Source of the DNA: Acidobacteriota bacterium
Lineage (GTDB): Bacteria; Acidobacteriota; UBA6911; RPQK01; JADFOI01
NCBI GenBank assembly: GCA_963663035.1
Contig: OY760074.1
Location: 1,472,001 to 1,536,000, forward strand
DNA: 64,000 bases
Direction of reading: 5' to 3'
The position numbers and the translations under genes are program-made. The notes below the pieces were generated by a model. That model was given only the letters and a program-made list of their open reading frames with translations. It was not told where the DNA came from and did no database searches. Positions 49,970-58,937 of this stretch are shown here, piece by piece; within the stretch, counting starts at the first letter, position 1, and the number at the start of each line of letters is the position of its first letter.

Positions 49970-51307
49970 GTGAGGAATATGAGTAAGAAGTTATCTATCA
50001 GTCTAGTCCTTGTCTGTATCGTCCTGGCTAGTGCCCTTATCTTTTTCTGGAACCAGGCACCAGCATCGTGGTTACAGGAAACATTTACGGGTGAGCATCA
50101 GCTTTTTCCCGTCACAGGCGAGGACGGGGAGATTGAGTACTGGACGTGCACCATGCACCCTTCGGTGAGGCTGATGGAAGCGGGGACGTGTCCCATCTGT
50201 GCGATGGACCTGGTTCCTGTTATGAAGAGCCCGCCTGCAACTTCGGACAATGGGTCGGAGAACTCCGCCCAGCAAATCGCAGGTGATGACTCCACTTTCA
50301 CTGTCGATCCTCGCCGCCAGCAGCTGATCAATGTTCAGACCACTGAGGTCGAAGTTCGTTCTCTGGAGAAAGTCATTCGAACGGTGGCAACCCTGGAGCT
50401 GGACGAGACCAGGATCGAATACGTTCACCCCAGGATTCAAGGTTGGATCGAGGAGGTATTCGTGGACTTCACACTTCAACACGTGAATCAGGGGGATCCT
50501 CTTTTTTCAATTTACAGCCCGGAATTGGTTTCGACTCAAGAGGAGTATTTACTGGCTTTAAAGACTGCTGAGAACCTGGCAGATAGTCCTTTTGAACACG
50601 TATCTGATGGAGCTCGATCTTTGTTTGAGGCCACTCGCCGCAGACTGGAACTCCTCGATGTCACTGACGAGCAAATAGAACAACTCGAGAAAAGCGGGCA
50701 GGTGCAGAAACACTTGATGGTCTATTCCCCGGTCAGCGGCCATGTCATGGAGAGAAACGCCTTTCCCAACATGTATGTCACTCCCGAAACCAAGGTCTAT
50801 ACCATTGCCGACCACACCCAAATATGGGCCTACGTTCAGATCTACGAAAATGAGATTTCTTACGTCCATAAAGGTCAACCCGTCGTGATGAGTACCGCTG
50901 CCTACCCAGGAGAGGCCTTCCGCGGAAACATTACTTATGTCTATCCGCACCTGAATGCAGAGACGCGTACTCTGAGGGTGCGTCTGGAGTTTCCCAATCC
51001 AGACTTGAGGCTCAAACCAGGGATGTACTCCAACATCGAACTCCAGGTGTCTCTTGGGGCTACTCTGGCCGTTCCGGAAAGTGCTGTCTTGAGAACCGGC
51101 AAGCGAGACCTGGTTTTTGTGGATCTGGGATCAGGACAAATGCAGTTACGGCAGGTGGAAATCGGAGCAACGGCAGGCGGCTACTACGAGATTTTAAAAG
51201 GCCTGACAGCCGGTGAGCGAGTCGTCTCTGCTGCCAACTTCTTGATTGATGCCGAAAGCAAGGTGCAGGGAGTGGAGGCGAGCTGGGAAACGCCGAAACC
51301 ACGCTGA
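49970..51307 (+). CDS. cusB: CusB-type RND periplasmic adaptor with heavy-metal-binding domain
   Basis: WTCTMHP...CPICAMDL, YSPELVSTQEEYL, LKPGMY, FLIDAES. Confidence 0.88.
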   Translation: MRNMSKKLSISLVLVCIVLASALIFFWNQAPASWLQETFTGEHQLFPVTGEDGEIEYWTCTMHPSVRLMEAGTCPICAMDLVPVMKSPPATSDNGSENSAQQIAGDDSTFTVDPRRQQLINVQTTEVEVRSLEKVIRTVATLELDETRIEYVHPRIQGWIEEVFVDFTLQHVNQGDPLFSIYSPELVSTQEEYLLALKTAENLADSPFEHVSDGARSLFEATRRRLELLDVTDEQIEQLEKSGQVQKHLMVYSPVSGHVMERNAFPNMYVTPETKVYTIADHTQIWAYVQIYENEISYVHKGQPVVMSTAAYPGEAFRGNITYVYPHLNAETRTLRVRLEFPNPDLRLKPGMYSNIELQVSLGATLAVPESAVLRTGKRDLVFVDLGSGQMQLRQVEIGATAGGYYEILKGLTAGERVVSAANFLIDAESKVQGVEASWETPKPR

Positions 51308-51323
51308 TCGCGAGTTGAAACCA

Positions 51324-54300
51324 ATGATCGAGAAAATCATTCAGTACAGCGCCAGAAACCGGTTCCTGGTCTTTCTGGTCATGACCTTCGCCACAGCCTG
51401 GGGGGTATGGGCCCTCTCCAACATCACGCTGGACGCGATTCCGGATCTCTCTGATGTGCAGGTCATTGTCTTTACAGAATGGCCGGGGCGCAGCCCTGAT
51501 CTGGTGGAAGACCAAATCACCTATCCGATCGTGGCAGCCATGCTGGCCGCACCCAACGTCCAGCTCGTCCGCGGCATCTCCAACTTTGGTTTTTCCTACG
51601 TCTACATCATCTTTGAAGATGGCACCGACATGTATTGGGCCAGAAGCCGGGTCTTGGAATACCTGCAAAAGATCAACGGGCAATTACCCGAAGGAACCAC
51701 CGCCATACTGGGCCCCGATGCTACCGGAGTGGGATGGGTATTTGAATACGCACTGGTTGACGAAACCGGGCGCTACAACCTGGCTCAACTTCGCTCCTTT
51801 CAGGATTGGTATCTGCGTTACTGGTTGGAGTCTGTGCCTGGTGTCGCTGAAGTGGCCAGTGTGGGAGGCTTCGTCAAGCAATATCAGGTAGAACTCGATC
51901 CCAACAAGCTTCTGGCTTACAACATCCCGCTTGAGAAAGTCATCGACGCCATCCGCGACAGTAACAACGATGTAGGTGGCCGGGTGCTCGAGATCGCCGG
52001 CACCGAGTATATGGTGCGGGGACGTGGGTATATCCAGTCGCTCCAGGATATCGAGTCAGTGCCTGTAGTAACCGATGGAAAAGGCACCACGATTCACGTC
52101 CGAGATCTGGGGCGGGTCCAATTCGGACCGGATATGCGCCGGGGCATTGCAGAATTGGATGGTAAAGGGGAGGTGGTGGGCGCCATTGTGATCATGCGCT
52201 ATGCGGAAAACGCCCTGACCGTCATCGATCGAGTTAAAACTAGGTTGAAGGAAGTGGAAGGCTCCCTGCCCGAGGGCGTCAAACTGGTCGTGACCTACGA
52301 TCGTTCCGAGCTGATCTTGAGAGCCGTTGAAACGTTACAGGAAAAGCTGACCGAGGAAATGATTGTCGTCAGTGTCGTCATTATGGTCTTTTTGCTTCAT
52401 TTGCGCAGTGCCTTCATTCCAATTCTGGCTTTACCCCTGGCCATCATCATGGCCTTTATCCCCATGTATTACATGAAGGTCACCGCCAATATCATGTCTC
52501 TGGGAGGAATCGCTATCGCCATCGGGGCCATGGTAGATGCTTCCATTGTTCTGATCGAGAACGCCCACAAAAAGCTGGACGAATGGAAATCTCAGGGAAG
52601 ATCTGGGAACAGAGTCGAGGTTCTCATCCAGTCATTTTGCGAAGTGGGACCTTCCATCTTTGTCTCCTTGCTCGTGATCACGGTTTCCTTTCTCCCGGTG
52701 TTCACTCTGCAAGCCCAGGAAGGCCGACTTTTCAAACCGCTGGCCTATACCAAAACTTTCTCCATGTTCTTTGCGGCTCTGCTGGCCATCACCCTGGTGC
52801 CCGCTCTGGGAGCCCTGCTCATACGGGGTAAGATCCGCCCTGAGGAAAAGCATCCGATCAGCCGCATCCTCCAGGCGATTTATACCCCCATACTGACTTT
52901 CATTCTGCGCTTTCCCAAGAGCTTCATGTTTGTAAGCTTCCTGCTGGTACTGTCCACGGTCCCGGCGTTCAGGCAGCTTGGATCGGAGTTTATGCCTCCT
53001 TTAAATGAAGGGTCCTTGCTTTTTATGCCCACTGCGGTCCCCGGAATGCCGGTCACGGAGGCCGCCAGAATCCTTCAGACACAGGATAAACTTCTGAGCC
53101 AATTCCCCGAAGTGGAGAGGGTGTTTGGAAAGATCGGAAGAGCCGATACATCCACCGATCCAGCTCCTTTGAGCATGGTTGAAACCGTGGTGCTGTTGAA
53201 GCCTCAGGAAGACTGGGAACGGGTGCACGAGGAACGCTGGTACTCCAGCTGGATGCCAGACGGGGTCCAACCCATCTTCAGAAGCATTTGGCCTGAGGAG
53301 CGCCCCAAGTCGTGGGAGGAACTGGTTCAGGAGATGGATGCCCAATTGAAATTTCCTGGGATGGCCAACATTTGGTGGATGCCTGTTCAAACTCGGACCG
53401 AGATGCTCTCCACCGGCATGCGCAGTAATCTTGGAGTCAAGGTCTTCGGCCCCGACCTGGAGAAAATCGAGGAGATCGCGGTTCAGATCGAGAAGGTCCT
53501 CCAGGACGTACCCGGTACGCGCAGTGCTTTCGCAGACCGGGTGATGGGAGGCTACTATTTTGATTTCATAATCAACCGGGAAGAAGCAGCCCGTTATGGA
53601 CTGACCGTCGGAGCTGTGGAGGACATCATAGAGACGGCTATCGGGGGCAAGAACATTGGCTATACCATCGAAGGCAGAGAGCGCTACCCCATCAGCGTTC
53701 GCTATCCACGGGAGCTTCGCGACGATATCGATGGGTTGGGAAGAGTACTGATTCCCACCCCCTCCGGTGCCCAGATCCCCATTTCACTGCTGGCTGACAT
53801 GGAATACACGCAGGGACCACCCATGATTCGGAACGAAGATGGCCAGTTGGTGGGATACGTGTTCATCGATGTCACCCACGAGGACTACGAGGGCTACGTC
53901 GAGCAAGCTCAACAGATCGTTGCAACCCAGGTTGAAGTACCGGCTGGTTATCGTCTCGAGTGGGCGGGACAGTACAAGTATCTGGTGCGTATGAAGCAGC
54001 GGCTGGCTTATGTTATTCCCATCACACTTTTTATCATCTTCGTCCTGCTCTACCTGAACTTTGGGTCCTGGAAGGAACCCCTTATCGTGTTCCTGGCGGT
54101 TCCCTTTTCGCTTATTGGATCGTTCTGGTTCCTGTCCTTCTTGAACTACAATCTCAGCATCGCGGTGTGGGTGGGGATCATTGCTTTGGCAGGCCTTGAG
54201 GCCGAGATGGGAGTGGTATTACTGCTGTACCTGCAGCTGGCTTACCAGAAGTGGCAGAGAGAGGGCAGGATGCGTCATGTGGCTGATCTCAAGGAGGCCA

Positions 54301-55082
54301 TTCACTACGGTGCGGTCCAGCGACTGCGCCCCAAGCTCATGACCGTGTTGACAACAGTTGTGGGTCTGCTTCCCATCATGTGGGCATCGACCTACGAAAC
54401 CGGGGCCGACGTGATGAAACGCATGGCCGCTCCCATGGTGGGAGGATTGACCACCTCCTTCATTTTAGGACTCACCATTTATCCGGCCGTCTTCTTCGTC
54501 TGGAAGCGCTACGAGATGGAAGGACTGGCCGCTACCCTGCGCGACTTGATCCCCTTCAGCAATCGGCTGCCCCACTCCGCTGATGAGATCGACGGCATAC
54601 CAGCCAGACAGTCACGTGTTCGTCTGCTCTGGATCTTTTTAGCCGTCCTGCTGATTTTCCTACTGCTCTGGGGTCTTTGGGGCTGGAGACAAAGCCTGAT
54701 TGTGGCAGGACCCTTACAACCGGTTGCCCTGCAAGAAGTGGACGGCATCCATATCGAAGTTTCCGCCCCAGAAGAAAGGTTCCCTGTCGGCCAGAGTCGC
54801 TTTCACCTGACCTTCCGAAACCCCGGCGGCGACCCAGTTGAAATTGAGAACGTTGACGTCCAATTTTATATGCCGGCTATGGCCACCATGCCTGCCATGT
54901 TGATCGGAACCGAAATCACTCCGATCGCTCCCAACGCGATAGAGGGAAACCTGGACCTCACTATGTCCGGGGAATGGCAGATGAGGATCACCTTTGACAC
55001 CCCGGCAGGGAGCGCTACTTCCGCAGGGAGCGCCACTCCTGCAAGGAGCCGAAACGCCCGAATTAGCATCAGCACACAGTGA
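51324..55082 (+). CDS. cusA: CusA-type Cu/Ag RND permease with C-terminal YtkA/FixH-like domain
   Basis: DAIPDLSDVQV, GPDATGVGW, GSEFMPPLNEG, RLRPKLMT; extra TM and soluble tail (FYMPAMATMPAM, MSGEWQM). Confidence 0.92.
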   Translation: MIEKIIQYSARNRFLVFLVMTFATAWGVWALSNITLDAIPDLSDVQVIVFTEWPGRSPDLVEDQITYPIVAAMLAAPNVQLVRGISNFGFSYVYIIFEDGTDMYWARSRVLEYLQKINGQLPEGTTAILGPDATGVGWVFEYALVDETGRYNLAQLRSFQDWYLRYWLESVPGVAEVASVGGFVKQYQVELDPNKLLAYNIPLEKVIDAIRDSNNDVGGRVLEIAGTEYMVRGRGYIQSLQDIESVPVVTDGKGTTIHVRDLGRVQFGPDMRRGIAELDGKGEVVGAIVIMRYAENALTVIDRVKTRLKEVEGSLPEGVKLVVTYDRSELILRAVETLQEKLTEEMIVVSVVIMVFLLHLRSAFIPILALPLAIIMAFIPMYYMKVTANIMSLGGIAIAIGAMVDASIVLIENAHKKLDEWKSQGRSGNRVEVLIQSFCEVGPSIFVSLLVITVSFLPVFTLQAQEGRLFKPLAYTKTFSMFFAALLAITLVPALGALLIRGKIRPEEKHPISRILQAIYTPILTFILRFPKSFMFVSFLLVLSTVPAFRQLGSEFMPPLNEGSLLFMPTAVPGMPVTEAARILQTQDKLLSQFPEVERVFGKIGRADTSTDPAPLSMVETVVLLKPQEDWERVHEERWYSSWMPDGVQPIFRSIWPEERPKSWEELVQEMDAQLKFPGMANIWWMPVQTRTEMLSTGMRSNLGVKVFGPDLEKIEEIAVQIEKVLQDVPGTRSAFADRVMGGYYFDFIINREEAARYGLTVGAVEDIIETAIGGKNIGYTIEGRERYPISVRYPRELRDDIDGLGRVLIPTPSGAQIPISLLADMEYTQGPPMIRNEDGQLVGYVFIDVTHEDYEGYVEQAQQIVATQVEVPAGYRLEWAGQYKYLVRMKQRLAYVIPITLFIIFVLLYLNFGSWKEPLIVFLAVPFSLIGSFWFLSFLNYNLSIAVWVGIIALAGLEAEMGVVLLLYLQLAYQKWQREGRMRHVADLKEAIHYGAVQRLRPKLMTVLTTVVGLLPIMWASTYETGADVMKRMAAPMVGGLTTSFILGLTIYPAVFFVWKRYEMEGLAATLRDLIPFSNRLPHSADEIDGIPARQSRVRLLWIFLAVLLIFLLLWGLWGWRQSLIVAGPLQPVALQEVDGIHIEVSAPEERFPVGQSRFHLTFRNPGGDPVEIENVDVQFYMPAMATMPAMLIGTEITPIAPNAIEGNLDLTMSGEWQMRITFDTPAGSATSAGSATPARSRNARISISTQ

Positions 55083-55092
55083 GGTTTGTATT

Positions 55093-56409
55093 ATGAACGG
55101 AACAACATGTCGGAAAGCCCATTTAGTGGTCTTCATTCTGATGGGGAGCTTCCTCTGGACCTCTCTGGCTCTGGGCGCTCAAGATTTACCTCCTGCAGCA
55201 CAGCCCGAACAATCGTTCGAAGTGCTCAACCGCCTGGTCGAAGAAGCTCTACGTTCCAGCCCTTCCATCCAGGCAACTCGAAAAGAGTGGGAAGTCTCTA
55301 CCAAGAGGCCCTCGCAGGTCGCCTCACTTCCCAACCCGGAACTCAGTTTTGGTTCGATGAGTTCGGGAAATATCTTGCCTTACTCTACAATTGGCAACGG
55401 TCCGCTCTCCTGGGCTTCCTTCATGTTCAAGCAGAAGATTCCCTGGCCCGGTAAGTTGAATCTCAAGGGGGATATCGCGGAAACCGAGGCGGCTCAAAAG
55501 GCGCACCTCTACCAGGCGGCGACTTTCCAGGTCATTGGTCAATTGAAGACGGCCTACTTTGAGTTGACCTACGTCGATCAGGCGACAAGGATCCTGAGTC
55601 GATATCAAGATCTTTTGCAAAGGCTTTCCCGGATCGCCGAAGCCAGGTACAGCGTGGGAAAGGGTCTTCAGGCTGATGTGCTCAGGTCCCAGGTAGAGAT
55701 CTCACTCATCATAGAACGCCTTGAGTTGTTGGGTCAGCAACGGGAAAGTGCTCAAGCTCAAATCAACAGCCTTCTCAATCGATCTCCGGACGTTGTTCTC
55801 CCCCAGCTGGAACCGGTAGAGGACACTTCCGTGGAGTTGCCCTTTTCTTTGGAGAGTCTCTATCTCACAGCGAGAGAACAGAATCCTGAAATTGCGGCGG
55901 AAAGATTAGGGATTCAGAAAGCTTCCCTGCAGCTCGATCTGTCCAAGAAACAGTCTTTCCCCGATTTGAACGTTTCGACGACCTATATGCTGCGCGGAGG
56001 TCCCTTTGACAATATGTATGAATATCGCTTGGGTCTGGAGATACCCCTCTATTTCTGGAGAAAGGAACGCTTTGGGGTAGAGGAGAATGTAGAAGAGATC
56101 GAGAGATCAAGGCATAGTTACCAGAGTAAGCTTCAGCAGGTCACCTTCAAGATTAAGGATGCTTATATCGGAGTTCGCACAGCACAGAGCCTGATACGGC
56201 TGTATCGACAGGGAATCATTCCTCAAGCCACTGCATCCCTGGACTCGGCACTATCAGCCTATGAGGTGGGCAGCATCGACTTTCTCAACTTGATCGACAA
56301 CGCGCTCACCGTACTGAACTATGAGCTTCGATACCACGAAGAAACCGGTGATTATTTTCAGAACCTGGTCCGACTGGAGGAGCTGTTGGGCTTTGTTTTT
56401 GTGAAGTGA
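55093..56409 (+). CDS. TolC/CusC-family outer membrane efflux protein
   Basis: QKIPWPGKL, ARYSVGKG, SAYEVGSIDF. Confidence 0.9.
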   Translation: MNGTTCRKAHLVVFILMGSFLWTSLALGAQDLPPAAQPEQSFEVLNRLVEEALRSSPSIQATRKEWEVSTKRPSQVASLPNPELSFGSMSSGNILPYSTIGNGPLSWASFMFKQKIPWPGKLNLKGDIAETEAAQKAHLYQAATFQVIGQLKTAYFELTYVDQATRILSRYQDLLQRLSRIAEARYSVGKGLQADVLRSQVEISLIIERLELLGQQRESAQAQINSLLNRSPDVVLPQLEPVEDTSVELPFSLESLYLTAREQNPEIAAERLGIQKASLQLDLSKKQSFPDLNVSTTYMLRGGPFDNMYEYRLGLEIPLYFWRKERFGVEENVEEIERSRHSYQSKLQQVTFKIKDAYIGVRTAQSLIRLYRQGIIPQATASLDSALSAYEVGSIDFLNLIDNALTVLNYELRYHEETGDYFQNLVRLEELLGFVFVK

Positions 56410-56436
56410 AGAGCAACTGACCTGGAGAATAAGCGC

Positions 56437-57153
56437 ATGAAAATCTTCCTTTTTCTCGTTTTGGCTATCCCTCTATCCTTTTGCTGGCCTGTGACGGCCA
56501 GCGCCGATACTGTTTTCCAGTTTTCCGTTCAGCACGACCACTTCTGGGGAAAAGGCTCTGGGGACCTAACGATTGACCAGGAGGGCATCACCTATACCTC
56601 AGAAAAGGACGACGATCACAGTATTGACTGGTCTTATTCCGACATCCAGGAACTGAAGATCGAGTCGCCACAGAAAGTCTACGTCCGCACTTATAGAGAT
56701 GTCTGGTGGAAGCTGAATCGCGATCGGACACTTGAATTTGAGTTAGTCGAAGGAGAGATGAGCGCCGAAGTCGTGGACTTTTTGCGTGAAAAGCTTCCCA
56801 ATGCTCTCGTGTCCGCCGTTTTCACGTTTCCAGATGATGCAGCGTACCGGGTTCCGGTCAAGCATACGCATGCCCTCGGACAAGGATGTGAGGGCCAACT
56901 GCTATTCAGCGAGAGGGGCATATACTACAGTGCCTCCAGGTCCGACCACAGTCGTTTCTGGCCCATGGAAGACATTGAGAGCCTGGGTCGCATGTCCGGA
57001 TCCCATATCCGTATTGCTGCGCGGGAGCACTCTCACTCGGGCAGTGTCAGGAACTTCCAGTTCCAGCTCAAGCAACCGATGGATGGCGAGACCTACCAAC
57101 GCCTGTGGCGAAAGATTTACGAACCAGAATCCTGGCTGGATAAACTGGAGTGA
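56437..57153 (+). CDS. Secreted hypothetical protein with two tandem His-motif beta domains
   Basis: Signal peptide ASA-D; VQHDH..G...G.L...DHS repeated as VKHTH...G...G.L...DHS. Confidence 0.7.
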   Translation: MKIFLFLVLAIPLSFCWPVTASADTVFQFSVQHDHFWGKGSGDLTIDQEGITYTSEKDDDHSIDWSYSDIQELKIESPQKVYVRTYRDVWWKLNRDRTLEFELVEGEMSAEVVDFLREKLPNALVSAVFTFPDDAAYRVPVKHTHALGQGCEGQLLFSERGIYYSASRSDHSRFWPMEDIESLGRMSGSHIRIAAREHSHSGSVRNFQFQLKQPMDGETYQRLWRKIYEPESWLDKLE

Positions 57154-57165
57154 GTTGGAGTTGGT

Positions 57166-58530
57166 TTATCGGGGGCACTCTTCGGGCACAGTCGTTCTGT
57201 CGAAACGGACGTCAGAGACAGAGACTAGCTGGGTGACATGGCGCTGGGGAGAGGGAAGCGAGAGCGTCAGGGGGCGATGTAAATTACCCCCCGGGAGTTG
57301 CCCAACCCAACCCGGCATTCTTTCTACCAGCGCTTGACTGGGAGTGTGGCAGCGGGGGTTTACTTCCGCCGTAGAAGAGGCCCACTCCACGGGAGAGTTC
57401 ACAGAAACATGCTTCAAGGCTTTCTGGGTGTACCGAGCGCGAGTATTCCACAGCATCCAGCCTTTCCCGCCCCCATCCAACACGCCCTTTAGCTGATCCC
57501 GCATTTCCTGGGGGGAAAACTTCCGCCGGTCAAAGGCATAATCGCGAAAGTCCTGAATCCACGGACGCACAACCGTACCTGTACCCTGCAGACGTTCAAC
57601 AGCTCGCTTGGTACTTTCATTCACCAGTTCATAAATATGGTCCATCGCTACCGGATAGCCGGGGATCCCCAGGTGAAAGGATGAAGGATAAAGCATGGGT
57701 GAGAGAACATCGACATACGGTGCAATGTCCTCGATATTCTGACCGATTCCAGTGTCGGCCGCTCCCCAAACCGTGTACCCAAAGACATCCACGGCAATCT
57801 TGACCCCGAATGGTGACAAAGCCTTTCGTGCGCGCCTCAAGAATCCCGTTATCGCCGCACGCCGCTCCTTCTCTGTACTCCGTCGTGAAAAAAGAGCCGC
57901 CCCTATTTCACCATCTGACGGAAAACGAATGTAGTCAAACTGAATCTCGTCAAAGCCCTTTTTCGCCGCCTCTATGGCAATGGCAATATTGTAGTCCCAG
58001 ACCTTTTCATTAAAGGGATCGGTCCAAGCGAGTCCCTCCCAGTCCCGCCAGGGATGACCAGTGCGCTTGTCGATCACCGCAAGTTCAGGATAGGTGGCAG
58101 CAAGGGGATCGTCTTTAAAGACAACAATTCGGGCGATAGTGTAAACGCACCGATCCTTGAACCACTTCATGAACTGTGGCCAATCTTTGACCCTGATCTG
58201 TTCCTGGGCCCCCACCTCAATCGCCAGCGGAATGGTGCTTCGATAGGGAATCAAGCCCCGATCCCCCTTAACATCCATAATGACGGTATTCACTTCCGTC
58301 TGTTCGACCAATCGCTTGATACGGCCCAGCAACCCATGGTGGCCCAAGGTGTAAAATGTGGCATAAACGCCCTTCAGCGGTGGAGGTTCTGGAAGTTCCA
58401 ACTCATCCGTAGTCTGCACCGGGTGTGTCAGTTCGGTTGCAGCTTCCTGCGCTTCCGCCACCGTCGGATTGGTTAGAAATAAGAGAAGGCTTGTTGTGAC
58501 GAGAATCAATCTTGAAGGAATGCTTACCAT
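57166..58530 (-). CDS. Putative glycoside hydrolase (DUF4015-like TIM barrel)
   Basis: IARIVVFKD, GFDEIQFDYIRFP, SPMLYPS, RPWIQDF. Confidence 0.85.
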   Translation of the reverse strand: MVSIPSRLILVTTSLLLFLTNPTVAEAQEAATELTHPVQTTDELELPEPPPLKGVYATFYTLGHHGLLGRIKRLVEQTEVNTVIMDVKGDRGLIPYRSTIPLAIEVGAQEQIRVKDWPQFMKWFKDRCVYTIARIVVFKDDPLAATYPELAVIDKRTGHPWRDWEGLAWTDPFNEKVWDYNIAIAIEAAKKGFDEIQFDYIRFPSDGEIGAALFSRRSTEKERRAAITGFLRRARKALSPFGVKIAVDVFGYTVWGAADTGIGQNIEDIAPYVDVLSPMLYPSSFHLGIPGYPVAMDHIYELVNESTKRAVERLQGTGTVVRPWIQDFRDYAFDRRKFSPQEMRDQLKGVLDGGGKGWMLWNTRARYTQKALKHVSVNSPVEWASSTAEVNPRCHTPSQALVERMPGWVGQLPGGNLHRPLTLSLPSPQRHVTQLVSVSDVRFDRTTVPEECPR

Positions 58531-58656
58531 AGGTCTTAACTATGGAACATTCGCTTCACCTAAGTCAGTAATCAGAGTCACCACATCTACATCGCCGGAG
58601 TGTTGGCTTCAGACGTGAATCAAAATGAAGGGAATCCAGAGAAGGGGTCGTCCTGG

Positions 58657-58928
58657 GTACTCCCTTTCATAAATACGGTAACGTTTGCGGATGGGGCTTG
58701 CGAGGCGAGGTCGCGAAGGGAGGAGGAGGCGATGTCAGGGACATCGTCGACGACGAGAGACAAAGAGATCGCCCGCAACCCCCTTGCGCCCGAGGGGTTG
58801 GAGCGGGACGGGCCCATTTCTTTGTTGCTTCTCCTCGCCGATGTCACTGACATCGACTCGTCGTCGCGCCTCGATCTGGGCTCCGTCGCGCTCCCAACAA
58901 ACGTCACCGTATTTATGAAAGTGAGTAC
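58657..58928. mobile_element. Family A element, copy A3 (272 bp, opposite orientation)
   Basis: 31-bp TIR GTACTCMCTTTCATAAATACGGTRACGTTTG; core homologous to the reverse complement of A1/A2; 9 bp from the glutaminase stop. Confidence 0.85.
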
Positions 58929-58937
58929 TGAGTTATC

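Noticed and set aside
58531-58656. Possible riboswitch upstream of the glycoside hydrolase
   Set aside because: No recognisable aptamer consensus by eye; an Rfam scan is needed.
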